This document shows positions 18,322-27,704 of a stretch of 46,666 nucleotides of DNA, piece by piece. Every line of letters begins with the position of its first letter. The stretch's first letter is position 1. The notes beneath the pieces are model-generated. The model was not told where the DNA came from. It saw only the letters and a list, made by a program, of their open reading frames with translations, and did not search any database. Position numbers and translations under genes: made by a program. The stretch comes from Bacilli bacterium (lineage in GTDB: Bacteria > Bacillota_I > Bacilli_A > RFN20 > CAG-826), in assembly GCA_017542885.1 (NCBI GenBank), contig JAFXWH010000131.1:1-46666 (forward strand), given 5' to 3'.

Positions 18322-20172
18322 GTGCGTGAGCGCATAAAAAGAATTAAGATTAAGCCCGAGAAACAGGAGGGAAATGCTACGCTTCTAGGAAAGTATCTGA
18401 AAAAGTATTACAAGCAACTTGCCTTCTTTTTCATCATGGGCGCGCTCGCCCTTGTGCTCGTCGACATCGTCGAGACCGAGGTTCCAAAATACCTCCAAGT
18501 CATCGTCGATGATATTGATGTCATCACCCAGGAAGAGCTATGGAGCATCCTTTGGAAGGTCATCATCTGCGCACTCATCATCCTTGTCGGAAGAATCGCC
18601 TGGAGGCTTTTCATCTTCTACGCTTCAAGAAAGATCGAGGCAGGTCTTAGAAGAGACATGTTCGAGAAGTCGATGAGGCTTTCGAGCACCTTCTACCACG
18701 AGAACAAAAGCGGAACCATCATGGGTTGGTTCACGACCGATATCGAAACGATAGGCGAGTATTTCGGATGGGGAACCGTCATGCTCATCGACGCGAGCTT
18801 CCTCGCCATCATCGTCATCGTCCGCATGATCATGGTCGACCTCACTTTGACTTTGGTCGCCGCCATCCCGATTGCCTTAATCGCTCTATGGAGTGGACTC
18901 TCCGAGAAGTTCATGGCGAAGAAATGGGACGAAAGACAAAGCGCCTATGACAAACTCTATGACTTCGCCGATGAGAATTTCACCGGAATCAGGGTCATCA
19001 AAGCCTTCGTCAAAGAACAGAAGGAAATCCAGGCTTTCGCAAAAATCGCCCGCAAAAACCGCGACGTTAATTTCGAGTTCGGAAGAAGCGAGGTCGCCTT
19101 ATGGACCATCATCGAGGTCATCATCTTCCTCACCATCGGCCTCTCTTTGGGTTTCGGCGGTTATTTCATCTATCAGTCATACCATGGTGAGCCGATCAAT
19201 GTCTTTGGCTCCCCTATCAACATCTCAATCGGCCAACTCATCGAATTCACTTCCTATTTCGACCTCCTCATCTGGCCTCTCATCGCTCTTGGACAGATCG
19301 TCACAATGAAGAGCCGCGCCAAAACCTCTCTTAAGAGAATCACCCGTTTCCTTGATTCGGAAGAGGATGTCAAATCGCCTGAAGGCGCCACCCCTTTCAA
19401 AGACGTCAAAGGCGAGATCGCTTTCAAGAACCTCACCTTCAAATACGAAAGCGAATCCGAGCCTGCTCTCAAGAACGTGAGCTTCACCATCAAACCAGGA
19501 GAAACCATAGGAATCGTTGGGAAAATCGGATCTGGAAAGAGCTCTTTAGCAACTTTGTTGCTCCGCTTATACAACTTCGATGAAGGTTGTGTCTTTATTG
19601 ATGGCGTCGACCTCATGAAAGCGGACATCACCTCCCTTAGGGAGAATATCGCCTACGCCCCACAGGACAATTTCCTTTTCAGCGACACGATTTCGAATAA
19701 CATCGCTTTCTCTGATGAGAAAACAAACCAAAAGAAAGTGGAGGAAGCCGCCCACTTCGCGGACATCGATGGCAACATCGAGGAAAGCTTCCCTAACAAA
19801 TACGAGACCGTCTCCGGAGAAAGAGGCATCACTCTTTCCGGCGGCCAGAAACAACGTATCTCGCTTGCGAGAGCCTATTACAAAAACGCCCCAATCATGA
19901 TCATGGACGATACGGTGTCCGCGGTTGATATGAAGACCGAGGAGAATATCCTCCATAACGTCAGCGAGAACCGCAATGGACTCACCACCATCGTCATCGC
20001 CTCAAGGGTCTCCACCGTCAGGAAGATGGACCGCATCCTCGTCATGAAAGACGGCATGGTGGACGCTTTCGATACGCACGAGAATCTGATGAAGAATAGC
20101 CAGACCTACCAGAACATGGTCTATCTCCAGCAACTCGAAGCCGAAGTGAAAGGAGGGAATTCAAATGACTGA
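18322..20172 (+). CDS. ABC exporter half-transporter (TMD-NBD) with a degenerate ATPase site, 616 aa
   Basis: GTG start at 18322. Six-TM domain followed by an NBD. Walker A GKIGSGKSS and signature LSGGQKQR are present. Walker B is IMIMDD followed by T instead of the catalytic E. The H-loop is IASRVST (Ser in place of His). Confidence 0.85.
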   Translation: MRERIKRIKIKPEKQEGNATLLGKYLKKYYKQLAFFFIMGALALVLVDIVETEVPKYLQVIVDDIDVITQEELWSILWKVIICALIILVGRIAWRLFIFYASRKIEAGLRRDMFEKSMRLSSTFYHENKSGTIMGWFTTDIETIGEYFGWGTVMLIDASFLAIIVIVRMIMVDLTLTLVAAIPIALIALWSGLSEKFMAKKWDERQSAYDKLYDFADENFTGIRVIKAFVKEQKEIQAFAKIARKNRDVNFEFGRSEVALWTIIEVIIFLTIGLSLGFGGYFIYQSYHGEPINVFGSPINISIGQLIEFTSYFDLLIWPLIALGQIVTMKSRAKTSLKRITRFLDSEEDVKSPEGATPFKDVKGEIAFKNLTFKYESESEPALKNVSFTIKPGETIGIVGKIGSGKSSLATLLLRLYNFDEGCVFIDGVDLMKADITSLRENIAYAPQDNFLFSDTISNNIAFSDEKTNQKKVEEAAHFADIDGNIEESFPNKYETVSGERGITLSGGQKQRISLARAYYKNAPIMIMDDTVSAVDMKTEENILHNVSENRNGLTTIVIASRVSTVRKMDRILVMKDGMVDAFDTHENLMKNSQTYQNMVYLQQLEAEVKGGNSND

Positions 20173-21943
20173 AGAAGAGTTTGAGAAAACGATGCTTCAT
20201 GGCGACAGAAAGATTCCTTTCTTCACCCTTCTAAAGAGGACTCTTGCTTATGCAAAAGGAGATAGGTGGAGGCTGATTTTGGCCATGTTCCTCGTTATTT
20301 TGAACGTCGTCATCGATCTCATGCTTCCAATCGTTCAGAAATGGTTCGTCGATTACCTTGATGCCGAGCATATCGAAAACGCCGTGCTTTCCGTCATCAT
20401 CGGGGTGGCTATCGGATTCATTGCGATATCGGTCATCAACAAAACCATCAGCTTCTTAATGTCCCTCCTTCTCCAGAAAGCGGGACAAAGAATCGTCGAA
20501 AGACTTAGGATGGATGTCTTCTCCCACATCGAGAACATGTCTCAAAATCAGCTCAACGAGATGCCGGTTGGCTCTCTTGTCACGAGGGTCGCAAACTATA
20601 CGGCCGCCGTATCGGATCTCTTTACCGATGTCCTTGTTCACTTCGTGACCAACATACTCACCATCCTCACGGTCTTCATCATCATGATCACCTTGAGTTG
20701 GAAGCTCTCCCTCATCCTTCTTGTCTTCGCGGTCATCATCGGGGTCGTCTCCTTCTTCTTCGTCGGAGTTGTCGCTAGCAAATACAGAACGGAAAGAAAG
20801 AACACTTCGGCCCTCAATTCCTTCCTTAGCGAGAACCTCCAAGGCATGAAAATCATCAACATTTTCAACCAGGAAAAGAAAAAACAGGCGCAATTTGACG
20901 AGAATAATGAGAATTTGAGGAAGTCCGCGTATGGCATCAATGTGGCCTTCACCTTCTACCGTCCGTTCATGTCGTTCCTCTACTATGGAGCGATCGCCAC
21001 CACTTTCGGAGTCGGCTTTGCCCTTGCCTTCACCCCTGGCCTTATCGTTGCCTTCTACCTCTACTTGAACCGCTTCTTCAAACCTATCCAGGAACTTGCC
21101 GATGAGCTTAACAAGATTCAGGGCGCGCTCACTTCTAGTGAGAGGCTCTTCAACCTCCTCGATGTCAAACCGGAGGTCGTCGACAAAGAGGACGCGATCG
21201 AAATCGATTCCTTCAAAGGCAAGATCGAATTCAGGAATGTTTGGTTCGCCTACGAGAAAGACAACTGGATCCTTAAGAACGTCTCCTTCACCGTCAATCC
21301 AAAAGAGACGGTCGCTTTCGTGGGAGCAACAGGGGCAGGAAAAACCACCATCCTTTCATTGATTGTCAGGAATTATGAAATCCAGAAAGGCCAGATCCTT
21401 ATCGACGATATAGATATCACCCACATCAAGATTAAATCGCTCAGGAAAGCGGTCGGTCAGATGCTTCAGGATGTCTTCTTGTTCTCTGGCACTATCAAGA
21501 GCAACGTCTCTTTGAGAGACGAATCCTTCAAAGACGAAGAAATCATCGAAGCCTGCAAGTATGTGAACGCCTCAAGCTTCATCGAGAAACTCCCAGACTC
21601 TTACGATGAGGAAGTCATCGAAGGCGGAGCGAACTTCTCCAGCGGTCAAAGACAGCTTCTTTCCTTCGCGAGAACCGTTCTCCACAAACCTCAGGTTCTC
21701 ATCCTCGATGAGGCTACCGCGAACATCGATACGGAAACTGAAATGCTCATCCAGGAGTCCCTTGAGAAGATGAAGAACATCGGCACGATGCTTGTGGTCG
21801 CTCATAGGCTTTCGACGATTCAGCACGCCGACAACATCATCGTCCTTCAGAACGGTGAGATCATCGAAGAAGGAAACCACCAGTCCTTGCTTAAGAAGAA
21901 GGGCTATTACTTCAAACTCTATCAGCTCCAGTTTGAGAACTAG
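20165..21943 (+). CDS. ABC exporter half-transporter (TMD-NBD) with a consensus ATPase site, 592 aa
   Basis: 8-nt overlap with the upstream partner. Walker A GATGAGKTT, Walker B LILDEATANID and H-loop VAHRLST are canonical. The signature is degenerate (FSSGQRQ). Confidence 0.9.
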   Translation: MTEEEFEKTMLHGDRKIPFFTLLKRTLAYAKGDRWRLILAMFLVILNVVIDLMLPIVQKWFVDYLDAEHIENAVLSVIIGVAIGFIAISVINKTISFLMSLLLQKAGQRIVERLRMDVFSHIENMSQNQLNEMPVGSLVTRVANYTAAVSDLFTDVLVHFVTNILTILTVFIIMITLSWKLSLILLVFAVIIGVVSFFFVGVVASKYRTERKNTSALNSFLSENLQGMKIINIFNQEKKKQAQFDENNENLRKSAYGINVAFTFYRPFMSFLYYGAIATTFGVGFALAFTPGLIVAFYLYLNRFFKPIQELADELNKIQGALTSSERLFNLLDVKPEVVDKEDAIEIDSFKGKIEFRNVWFAYEKDNWILKNVSFTVNPKETVAFVGATGAGKTTILSLIVRNYEIQKGQILIDDIDITHIKIKSLRKAVGQMLQDVFLFSGTIKSNVSLRDESFKDEEIIEACKYVNASSFIEKLPDSYDEEVIEGGANFSSGQRQLLSFARTVLHKPQVLILDEATANIDTETEMLIQESLEKMKNIGTMLVVAHRLSTIQHADNIIVLQNGEIIEEGNHQSLLKKKGYYFKLYQLQFEN

Positions 21944-23280
21944 AGCCTATCTAAATACGCATCCATGATCTCGAGTCTTGTCGAGATGATTTTGAGCAAG
22001 AAGAAATGCAGGTGTCTTTTGAAGACCTTTGCATAGCCGATCAAATGAAGTTTAACGAGATAAAAGGTACGAAGTCTCTTCGATAGGAAACTGCTTTTCT
22101 CAAGTCTTGGGTCAAAGATGTGTTCTTTGAGGAACTCATTATCTCCCAAGGAAATCACCCTCAAAGCGAAATACAAAACATCCCTATGTTCCTTCCAACC
22201 AACGGAGGACAAGAAGAAGCGTTTCGCTCTCTCTAGAACTGTCACTTTACGGTGTTTTTGCAGGCGATTATAGAGAATCAGCTGCTCTTCAAAGGAGAGG
22301 CGATCGAAGACTGAATCATCGCCTTCGTAGGCTCTCACAAAGAAACGGAAGCAGGTGTTCTTCTTGAGCATGATCTTTTTGTATTTCTCCTGAAAGATCT
22401 CTTCGTTGATATAGGGCCTAAAGAAAACATACTGCCCTTTGAACTTGCTGCTTCTTAGGACTTTCCAAACGAATTCCGCTTGATATTCCTTCTCACTAGA
22501 GTCCCTTGTGATTAGAAGAGAGTTGAGCGCTTCATTACGGGTCTCAGGATCAAAGACGTGTCTAGCGCGAGCCACCCTTATCGCATTGATAATGAGGAAA
22601 CGTGTGGCTTTAGATTTTTCCTCATCGGTCCTCCCCGCGTCTACGTTGTTCTTGACGAAGACGGTCCACCGCTTAATGTGATCAACCTTCCTGCAGCAAA
22701 GGATTGCTTTGTATAACGGAATAGGAAGATCCTCTGGGTTGCTTATCCTCTTATATAGAGGAACGAAGAGCTTTCTGTAATTCGTCCCTAGCTTCTCCGT
22801 TGGGTACTTGGTGTAAGGGTCAGCGATGTAATAATCCACCAACGCATCGCTTAGAGCCCTAAGAACCGTCTTTTTGTAAGGTCCTTTGTATTCGAAGATG
22901 TAGCCTATCCACTCATGCTTGATCTTTGTGTTCGCCACATACTCGTAGGCGAGCCTGTAATGGAACGTCTCACTTAATGGGCTAGCCTCTAGAACAGAGG
23001 CGAATTTTTCGCAGAAGTCTTTTGTCGGATTGTGGTCGGGGCCCAGCTTGACGCGGAACCGTTTGTCGCCGACTTTAGACAGAAAAGAAACAAGCCGGGG
23101 AATCCTCTCAAGGACAAAATCCTCCTTCTCAAAATAATCCTTCAGCAAATCCTCGGTGTTCTCCCAGTCGAAGCGATCAGCGGTCCTAAGGTTATGTACG
23201 TACGACCAAAACCCCTGCCACAGATCGTTGTTGCGAAAAAACGGAACGGCGTATGTTGGGCCAGCATTTCCTACTGGCAT
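21940..23280 (-). CDS. Hypothetical protein, no recognisable family, ~446 aa
   Basis: Long ORF. The first ATG is at 23280 (MPVGNAGPTY...); the track ORF begins at a TTG at 23289. Basic and aromatic-rich with predicted helical character. No motif I can name. Confidence 0.55.
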   Translation of the reverse strand: MPVGNAGPTYAVPFFRNNDLWQGFWSYVHNLRTADRFDWENTEDLLKDYFEKEDFVLERIPRLVSFLSKVGDKRFRVKLGPDHNPTKDFCEKFASVLEASPLSETFHYRLAYEYVANTKIKHEWIGYIFEYKGPYKKTVLRALSDALVDYYIADPYTKYPTEKLGTNYRKLFVPLYKRISNPEDLPIPLYKAILCCRKVDHIKRWTVFVKNNVDAGRTDEEKSKATRFLIINAIRVARARHVFDPETRNEALNSLLITRDSSEKEYQAEFVWKVLRSSKFKGQYVFFRPYINEEIFQEKYKKIMLKKNTCFRFFVRAYEGDDSVFDRLSFEEQLILYNRLQKHRKVTVLERAKRFFLSSVGWKEHRDVLYFALRVISLGDNEFLKEHIFDPRLEKSSFLSKRLRTFYLVKLHLIGYAKVFKRHLHFFLLKIISTRLEIMDAYLDRL

Positions 23281-23308
23281 ATGAGGCAAATTTACAAAAA
23301 CTGATTTT

Positions 23309-23335
23309 ATAATTTCAATAGAAGTGAATTTAAAA
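23309..23335 (+). repeat. Copy A of a 27-nt intergenic motif (ATAATTTCAATAgAAgtGAAtTTAAAA)
   Basis: 23 of 27 positions are identical to 25965-25991. Both copies lie ~160 nt upstream of the next plus-strand start codon. Confidence 0.6.
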
Positions 23336-23471
23336 ATTTATTCTAGATTTTTAGCGCTTTTTATTGGAAATATTTCGAGTAAAATCACTATTTCGAAAAT
23401 CCTCATCGATGAAGTTTCATGAACAGGCGCGTTCGTGTTAAAATCTACATATCAAATAAAGGAAGCATTTA

Positions 23472-24236
23472 ATGGACAATTCAGCTTATGTCATTTTTGG
23501 ATTTGATTTCAGAGAGAACCCCGAACAGAAAGAGCTGATACGCCTAATAAACATCGAACCTAATCTCATGCCGATCGTCTTCTGCAAAGGAGACGCCGGA
23601 ACCGGAAAGACCTTCGCCGCTTTAGCGGCCTCTCTTCATTTGGTCCGCTCAAAAGGCAGCAAGAAGAAATACAAATCGGTCTATTACGTCAGAGAGCCAG
23701 TCGAAATCGGACACCGCCTTGGCTATCTCAAAGGCACCGAAGAAGACAAATACGGCCCATACCTTGGACCACTCCTTGATAACTACAACCACCTCATGGC
23801 CAATGTGAAGCAAGATGCCGCTTCCCCATACCGTGAGCCAAAAAGAAACGCCAAATACGCCGACGAAAATAAGCCTCTCTATGAGAATCTTCCTAGCGAT
23901 ATCGTCCCAATCGCCCCTGAGTTCATCAGAGGACGTTCTTTCAGCGATGCCATTTTGATTGTCGATGAGGCCCAGAACCTCACGCTCGATGAGCTTCACA
24001 CTCTAGCGACTCGTCTAGGCAACAATTCCAAGATGATCGTCATCGGCTCCCCTAACCAAATCGATGTCGAGGATCAGACCTACGAGAAGAACGCTTTTGA
24101 GACTTCTTATAAGATCCTTGAACCAACCGGCTTAGTTGGTTATGTCGAGCTCAAAGCCCCAATGCGTTCAGGCTTCGTCACCGACTTCGATCAAAGGTTC
24201 CTTCAGTACAAACTCAAAGAAGGCAAAAAACGTTAA
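23472..24236 (+). CDS. PhoH-family P-loop ATPase (short form), 254 aa
   Basis: Walker A GDAGTGKTF, Walker B ILIVDEAQNL, and a GSPNQIDV segment as in PhoH/YlaK C-terminal ATPase domains. No PIN or KH domain. Confidence 0.8.
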   Translation: MDNSAYVIFGFDFRENPEQKELIRLINIEPNLMPIVFCKGDAGTGKTFAALAASLHLVRSKGSKKKYKSVYYVREPVEIGHRLGYLKGTEEDKYGPYLGPLLDNYNHLMANVKQDAASPYREPKRNAKYADENKPLYENLPSDIVPIAPEFIRGRSFSDAILIVDEAQNLTLDELHTLATRLGNNSKMIVIGSPNQIDVEDQTYEKNAFETSYKILEPTGLVGYVELKAPMRSGFVTDFDQRFLQYKLKEGKKR

Positions 24237-24280
24237 TCAAACCATTCTCTTTAAGAGAAAGGGCAAGTAGAATTGTCTTA

Positions 24281-25948
24281 ATGCTGAAACGTTTAACCAT
24301 CACAAACCTCGCAATCATTGAGAATATAGACGTCTCCTTTGGAGAAGGTTTTACTGTTCTCACCGGTGAGACCGGTGCTGGAAAGTCCCTCGTCATTGAT
24401 TCCCTTTCTCTCCTTCTAGGTGCGAGAGCGTCCAACGAACTTATCCGCGCAGGAGAGGATTCCGCATCAATCCGTGGGGTTTTTGCCGTGAAAAATCAGA
24501 TTTTGAATGCGATTCTCATGTCTTTAGAGATTCCTGAGAACGATGGTGAGATCGTCGTCAGCCGTATCCTCAGCAAGTCCGGAACCAAGATCAAAGTGAA
24601 CGGTGTTTCCATTACCCTCCAAGACCTTCTCAAGATTTCCAAATACCTTGCCGACATCCATAGCCAGTTCGACTTTGAGAAGATTCTCAACCCAGAGAAC
24701 TACCTTGGCATCATCGATGGCTTCTCTAGCGAACTCATCTCCTCCTATAAGAAGGACTACTCCTCCTTGCTAGCGGAGTACAAAGAGAAGAAGAAAGAAT
24801 ACGAAGCCCTTCTTGCGAAGAAGCAGAAGATTGACGAAGACCGCGACTTCTACGAATACCAATACAAAGAACTCAAAGGCATGGCCCTCAAAGATGGAGA
24901 GCAAGAGGAAATCGAATCCGAGATTTCCCTTCTTTCCAATTACGACAAGGTCTATTCCCTTTCCCAGGAAGCCGAAGAGATCATTCACAGCGATTTCCTC
25001 GACAAGATGTATGAGCTCAATCAGATCTTAGCAAAGCTAACCAAATACCAGTCTCAATACCAAGAGACCCAAACCTCTCTTGATGAGAAGTATTACGAGA
25101 TCCTCGACATGGTCGACACCCTCAAGAAAGACCTTAGGGACATCGACTATGACCCAGATAGGTTAGACGAGCTTCAACAAAGGGACGCTGACCTCACCGC
25201 TCTCGAAAGAAAATACAAGAAGAGCATCCCAGAACTCATTGCGTATAGGGACGAGCTTGCAAGCACCTTAGGCAATAAAGAAGATTTCGAATTCAATCTT
25301 GAAGAGAAAAAGAAAGAGATGGATGAGGCTTTTAAGAAGTGCAAGGCCAAAGGCGAAGAACTCACTCTTGTCAGAAAGAAGACCGCCTCATCGATCGAGA
25401 AAGAACTTGAAAGGAACATGGACGATCTTCGTCTCCATGCCACTTTCAAAGTGGAATTCCTTAAGAACGATGCCAAAGACGACTCAATCCTCAAAGAGGA
25501 TGGTCTTGATACCCTCGACTTCCTCATTGAGACAAACGTCGGCGAAGGCATGAAGAGTTTAGGCAAAGTCATTTCTGGCGGCGAAGCGGCAAGAATCATG
25601 CTCGCCTTCAAAGCCACTCTCATCAAAGCCAACAGAATCCCAACCGTCATCTTTGATGAAATCGATACCGGCGTCAGCGGCGAATCCGCTCAAGCGGTTG
25701 CGAAGAAGATCAGAGAGATCTCCCTTTCGAGCCAAGTCATATCCATCACCCATATGCCACAGGTTGCTTCCTTAAGCGACCACCACATCCTCATTTCGAA
25801 AGAGGTCAAGGGCGATAGGACTTATGCCCACATCAAAGAACTCTCCTTAGAGGAGAAGATTAACCAAGTCGCCTATCTCATCTCAGGCGGAAAAGTCACC
25901 GAGAAACAGCTCGAATACGCCAAAGAGATGGTTCTTTCTTCCAGATAG
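24281..25948 (+). CDS. recN: DNA repair protein RecN
   Basis: N-terminus LTITNLAIIENIDVSFGEGFTVLTGETGAGKS, long coiled-coil middle, C-terminal SGGEAARIMLAFK...VIFDEIDTGVSG. Confidence 0.93.
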   Translation: MLKRLTITNLAIIENIDVSFGEGFTVLTGETGAGKSLVIDSLSLLLGARASNELIRAGEDSASIRGVFAVKNQILNAILMSLEIPENDGEIVVSRILSKSGTKIKVNGVSITLQDLLKISKYLADIHSQFDFEKILNPENYLGIIDGFSSELISSYKKDYSSLLAEYKEKKKEYEALLAKKQKIDEDRDFYEYQYKELKGMALKDGEQEEIESEISLLSNYDKVYSLSQEAEEIIHSDFLDKMYELNQILAKLTKYQSQYQETQTSLDEKYYEILDMVDTLKKDLRDIDYDPDRLDELQQRDADLTALERKYKKSIPELIAYRDELASTLGNKEDFEFNLEEKKKEMDEAFKKCKAKGEELTLVRKKTASSIEKELERNMDDLRLHATFKVEFLKNDAKDDSILKEDGLDTLDFLIETNVGEGMKSLGKVISGGEAARIMLAFKATLIKANRIPTVIFDEIDTGVSGESAQAVAKKIREISLSSQVISITHMPQVASLSDHHILISKEVKGDRTYAHIKELSLEEKINQVAYLISGGKVTEKQLEYAKEMVLSSR

Positions 25949-25951
25949 TTT

Positions 25952-25965
25952 TCAAAGCGCTTTCA
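25952..25965. promoter_or_regulatory. cre-like palindrome TCAAAGCGCTTTCA
   Basis: Matches the CcpA cre consensus TGWAARCGYTWNCW at 13 of 14 positions; the mismatch is at the conserved G2. It lies between recN and the CBM-containing lipoprotein gene. Confidence 0.25.
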
Positions 25966-25991
25966 TAATTTCAATAAAAACGAACTTAAAA
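25965..25991 (+). repeat. Copy B of the 27-nt intergenic motif (ATAATTTCAATAaAAacGAAcTTAAAA)
   Basis: See copy A at 23309-23335. Confidence 0.6.
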
Positions 25992-26124
25992 GGTTGTAAT
26001 CCCTTTTCACTTATGTGAATAATATAGAGAAATCCTCGCTATAAGAACTATTTTTCAGTCTTTTGCAACGAGGAATTATAGTGCCCTAGCAACAGGCACA
26101 GAAAGAAAGGAGCTTTTTCAAAGA

Positions 26125-27642
26125 ATGAAAAAGAAATTCGTACTTCCATTAGCTGCGCTTTCCTTAATGGTTGGCTTAGCCGGATGTGACAAAGGTGGCC
26201 CAGTCACTCCAGATGCTAGTGGATCGGCAGGTGCAAGCACCTCCAAATCAACCGCTGCTTCATCTAAGATGGAGCAGATCAAAGTCACCAACGCAGAAGG
26301 CAAAACCTCTGCCAGCGTCGTCATTGGTGGCACCATTCAGCTCACCGCTGACAAAGACGGCGTCACTTGGAGCAGCTCCAATGAGAGCATCGCTACCGTC
26401 GCAAACGGCTTAGTCACTACTAAAGCCCTCGGTTCCGTCAAAATCACTGCCAAGAAAGAAGGCTTCAAAGACGGTTCCTTCAACATCACTGTCACGAGAC
26501 CAGAACCAACCGCTAAGATCGACTGGAAAGATGCCGATCACTATTCCGTCGACGGCTCCTACACCAGAAGCAACCGTGGTCCTGGCGACACCCCTGTCTA
26601 TAGCAAATCACAGGCTGATGGTGGCGAATGCATCGGTTATCAGGGCACCGGCGATAAGGAAACCTTAACCTTCACCTCCACTGCCGCTGTTGCCGCTGAG
26701 ATCACTTCCTCGATGGGAAGCAACAACACCACTGACTTAAGCACAGTCTTCAAGATGACCTTCAACGGAACCGAGATCAATTTGGCCGGCAAGACCTATA
26801 CCTCAGACGATTCCTCCGGTAACTACAGCTTCACCGAAGTCTCCTTCGGCGACGTTAACTTACAGGTTGGCGACAACGTCTTGGTTATCGAATACCTTGC
26901 CGAAGAGAGCCCATACCTTGATAATTTCTACGTCTATGCCAAAGCCGCTACGACCATCGCTTCCAAACCAGCTCCAGAGAAGCAGAAGATCGCCCTCCCA
27001 GAAGGCGCTGAGACATTAACTGTCGCCGCTGGCGAAACCGCGAACATCAACTGCACCGAAACCGGTGTCAAATATGCTTCTTCCAACACCGACGTTGCCA
27101 CCGTTGATGAAAACACCGGCGCTGTCACTGGCGTTGCCAAAGGCACCACGACCATCGTCATCTCCAAAGATGGCATGCTCCCAGCTAGAGTCACCGTCAA
27201 TGTCACCAACCCTTCCGAGCTTATCGTTGAAGCCGAAAGCGCTCCTGAGGTCGTTGAGAATGGAACCGAAGGCGCCACTGGCCCAACCAAGAAAACATCA
27301 TCTAGCACAGTTTCTGGTGGATACTATCTCAATAGCAACCCAGTTGGAAGCACTTTGACCTACACCTTTGCCGCTACTGCAGGCAACTACAGCTTGACCA
27401 TGACTAGCAGAAACTATGGTTCTGACATCGAGGATCTCTCCACTGCTTGCGAAATCAAAATCAACGACGTTGCTGTCAATCTTGCTAACGTTGCCTATGC
27501 TAGGAGCTACTCCAACTTCGACACAGCTCTTGGAACCGTTACCCTTGCTGCCGGAAATACCATGACCTTCAAGGTCCTTGATACCGCCGCTGGCAACAAC
27601 ATTTTCCTCCTCGACTGCTTCATCTTTGCTCCAGCCGCCTAA
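26125..27642 (+). CDS. Surface lipoprotein with duplicated [Ig-like Big_2 + CBM-like beta-sandwich] architecture, 505 aa
   Basis: Lipobox LMVGLAG-C. Two Big_2-like segments (GGTIQLTADKDGVTWSSSNESIATVANGLVTTKALGSVKITA; AGETANINCTETGVKYASSNTDVATVDENTGAVTGVAKGTTTIVIS). Each is followed by a ~150-aa Gly/Thr/Asn-rich module resembling carbohydrate-binding modules. Confidence 0.65.
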   Translation: MKKKFVLPLAALSLMVGLAGCDKGGPVTPDASGSAGASTSKSTAASSKMEQIKVTNAEGKTSASVVIGGTIQLTADKDGVTWSSSNESIATVANGLVTTKALGSVKITAKKEGFKDGSFNITVTRPEPTAKIDWKDADHYSVDGSYTRSNRGPGDTPVYSKSQADGGECIGYQGTGDKETLTFTSTAAVAAEITSSMGSNNTTDLSTVFKMTFNGTEINLAGKTYTSDDSSGNYSFTEVSFGDVNLQVGDNVLVIEYLAEESPYLDNFYVYAKAATTIASKPAPEKQKIALPEGAETLTVAAGETANINCTETGVKYASSNTDVATVDENTGAVTGVAKGTTTIVISKDGMLPARVTVNVTNPSELIVEAESAPEVVENGTEGATGPTKKTSSSTVSGGYYLNSNPVGSTLTYTFAATAGNYSLTMTSRNYGSDIEDLSTACEIKINDVAVNLANVAYARSYSNFDTALGTVTLAAGNTMTFKVLDTAAGNNIFLLDCFIFAPAA

Positions 27643-27665
27643 TCATTAACTAACGATTAGAAATT

Positions 27666-27696
27666 GCCCGGCGATTAAGTTCGCTGGGCTTTTTTC
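27666..27696 (+). terminator. Intrinsic terminator after the lipoprotein gene
   Basis: GCCCGGCG-attaagtt-CGCTGGGC followed by TTTTTT. Confidence 0.65.
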
Positions 27697-27704
27697 TTCG
27701 TATT

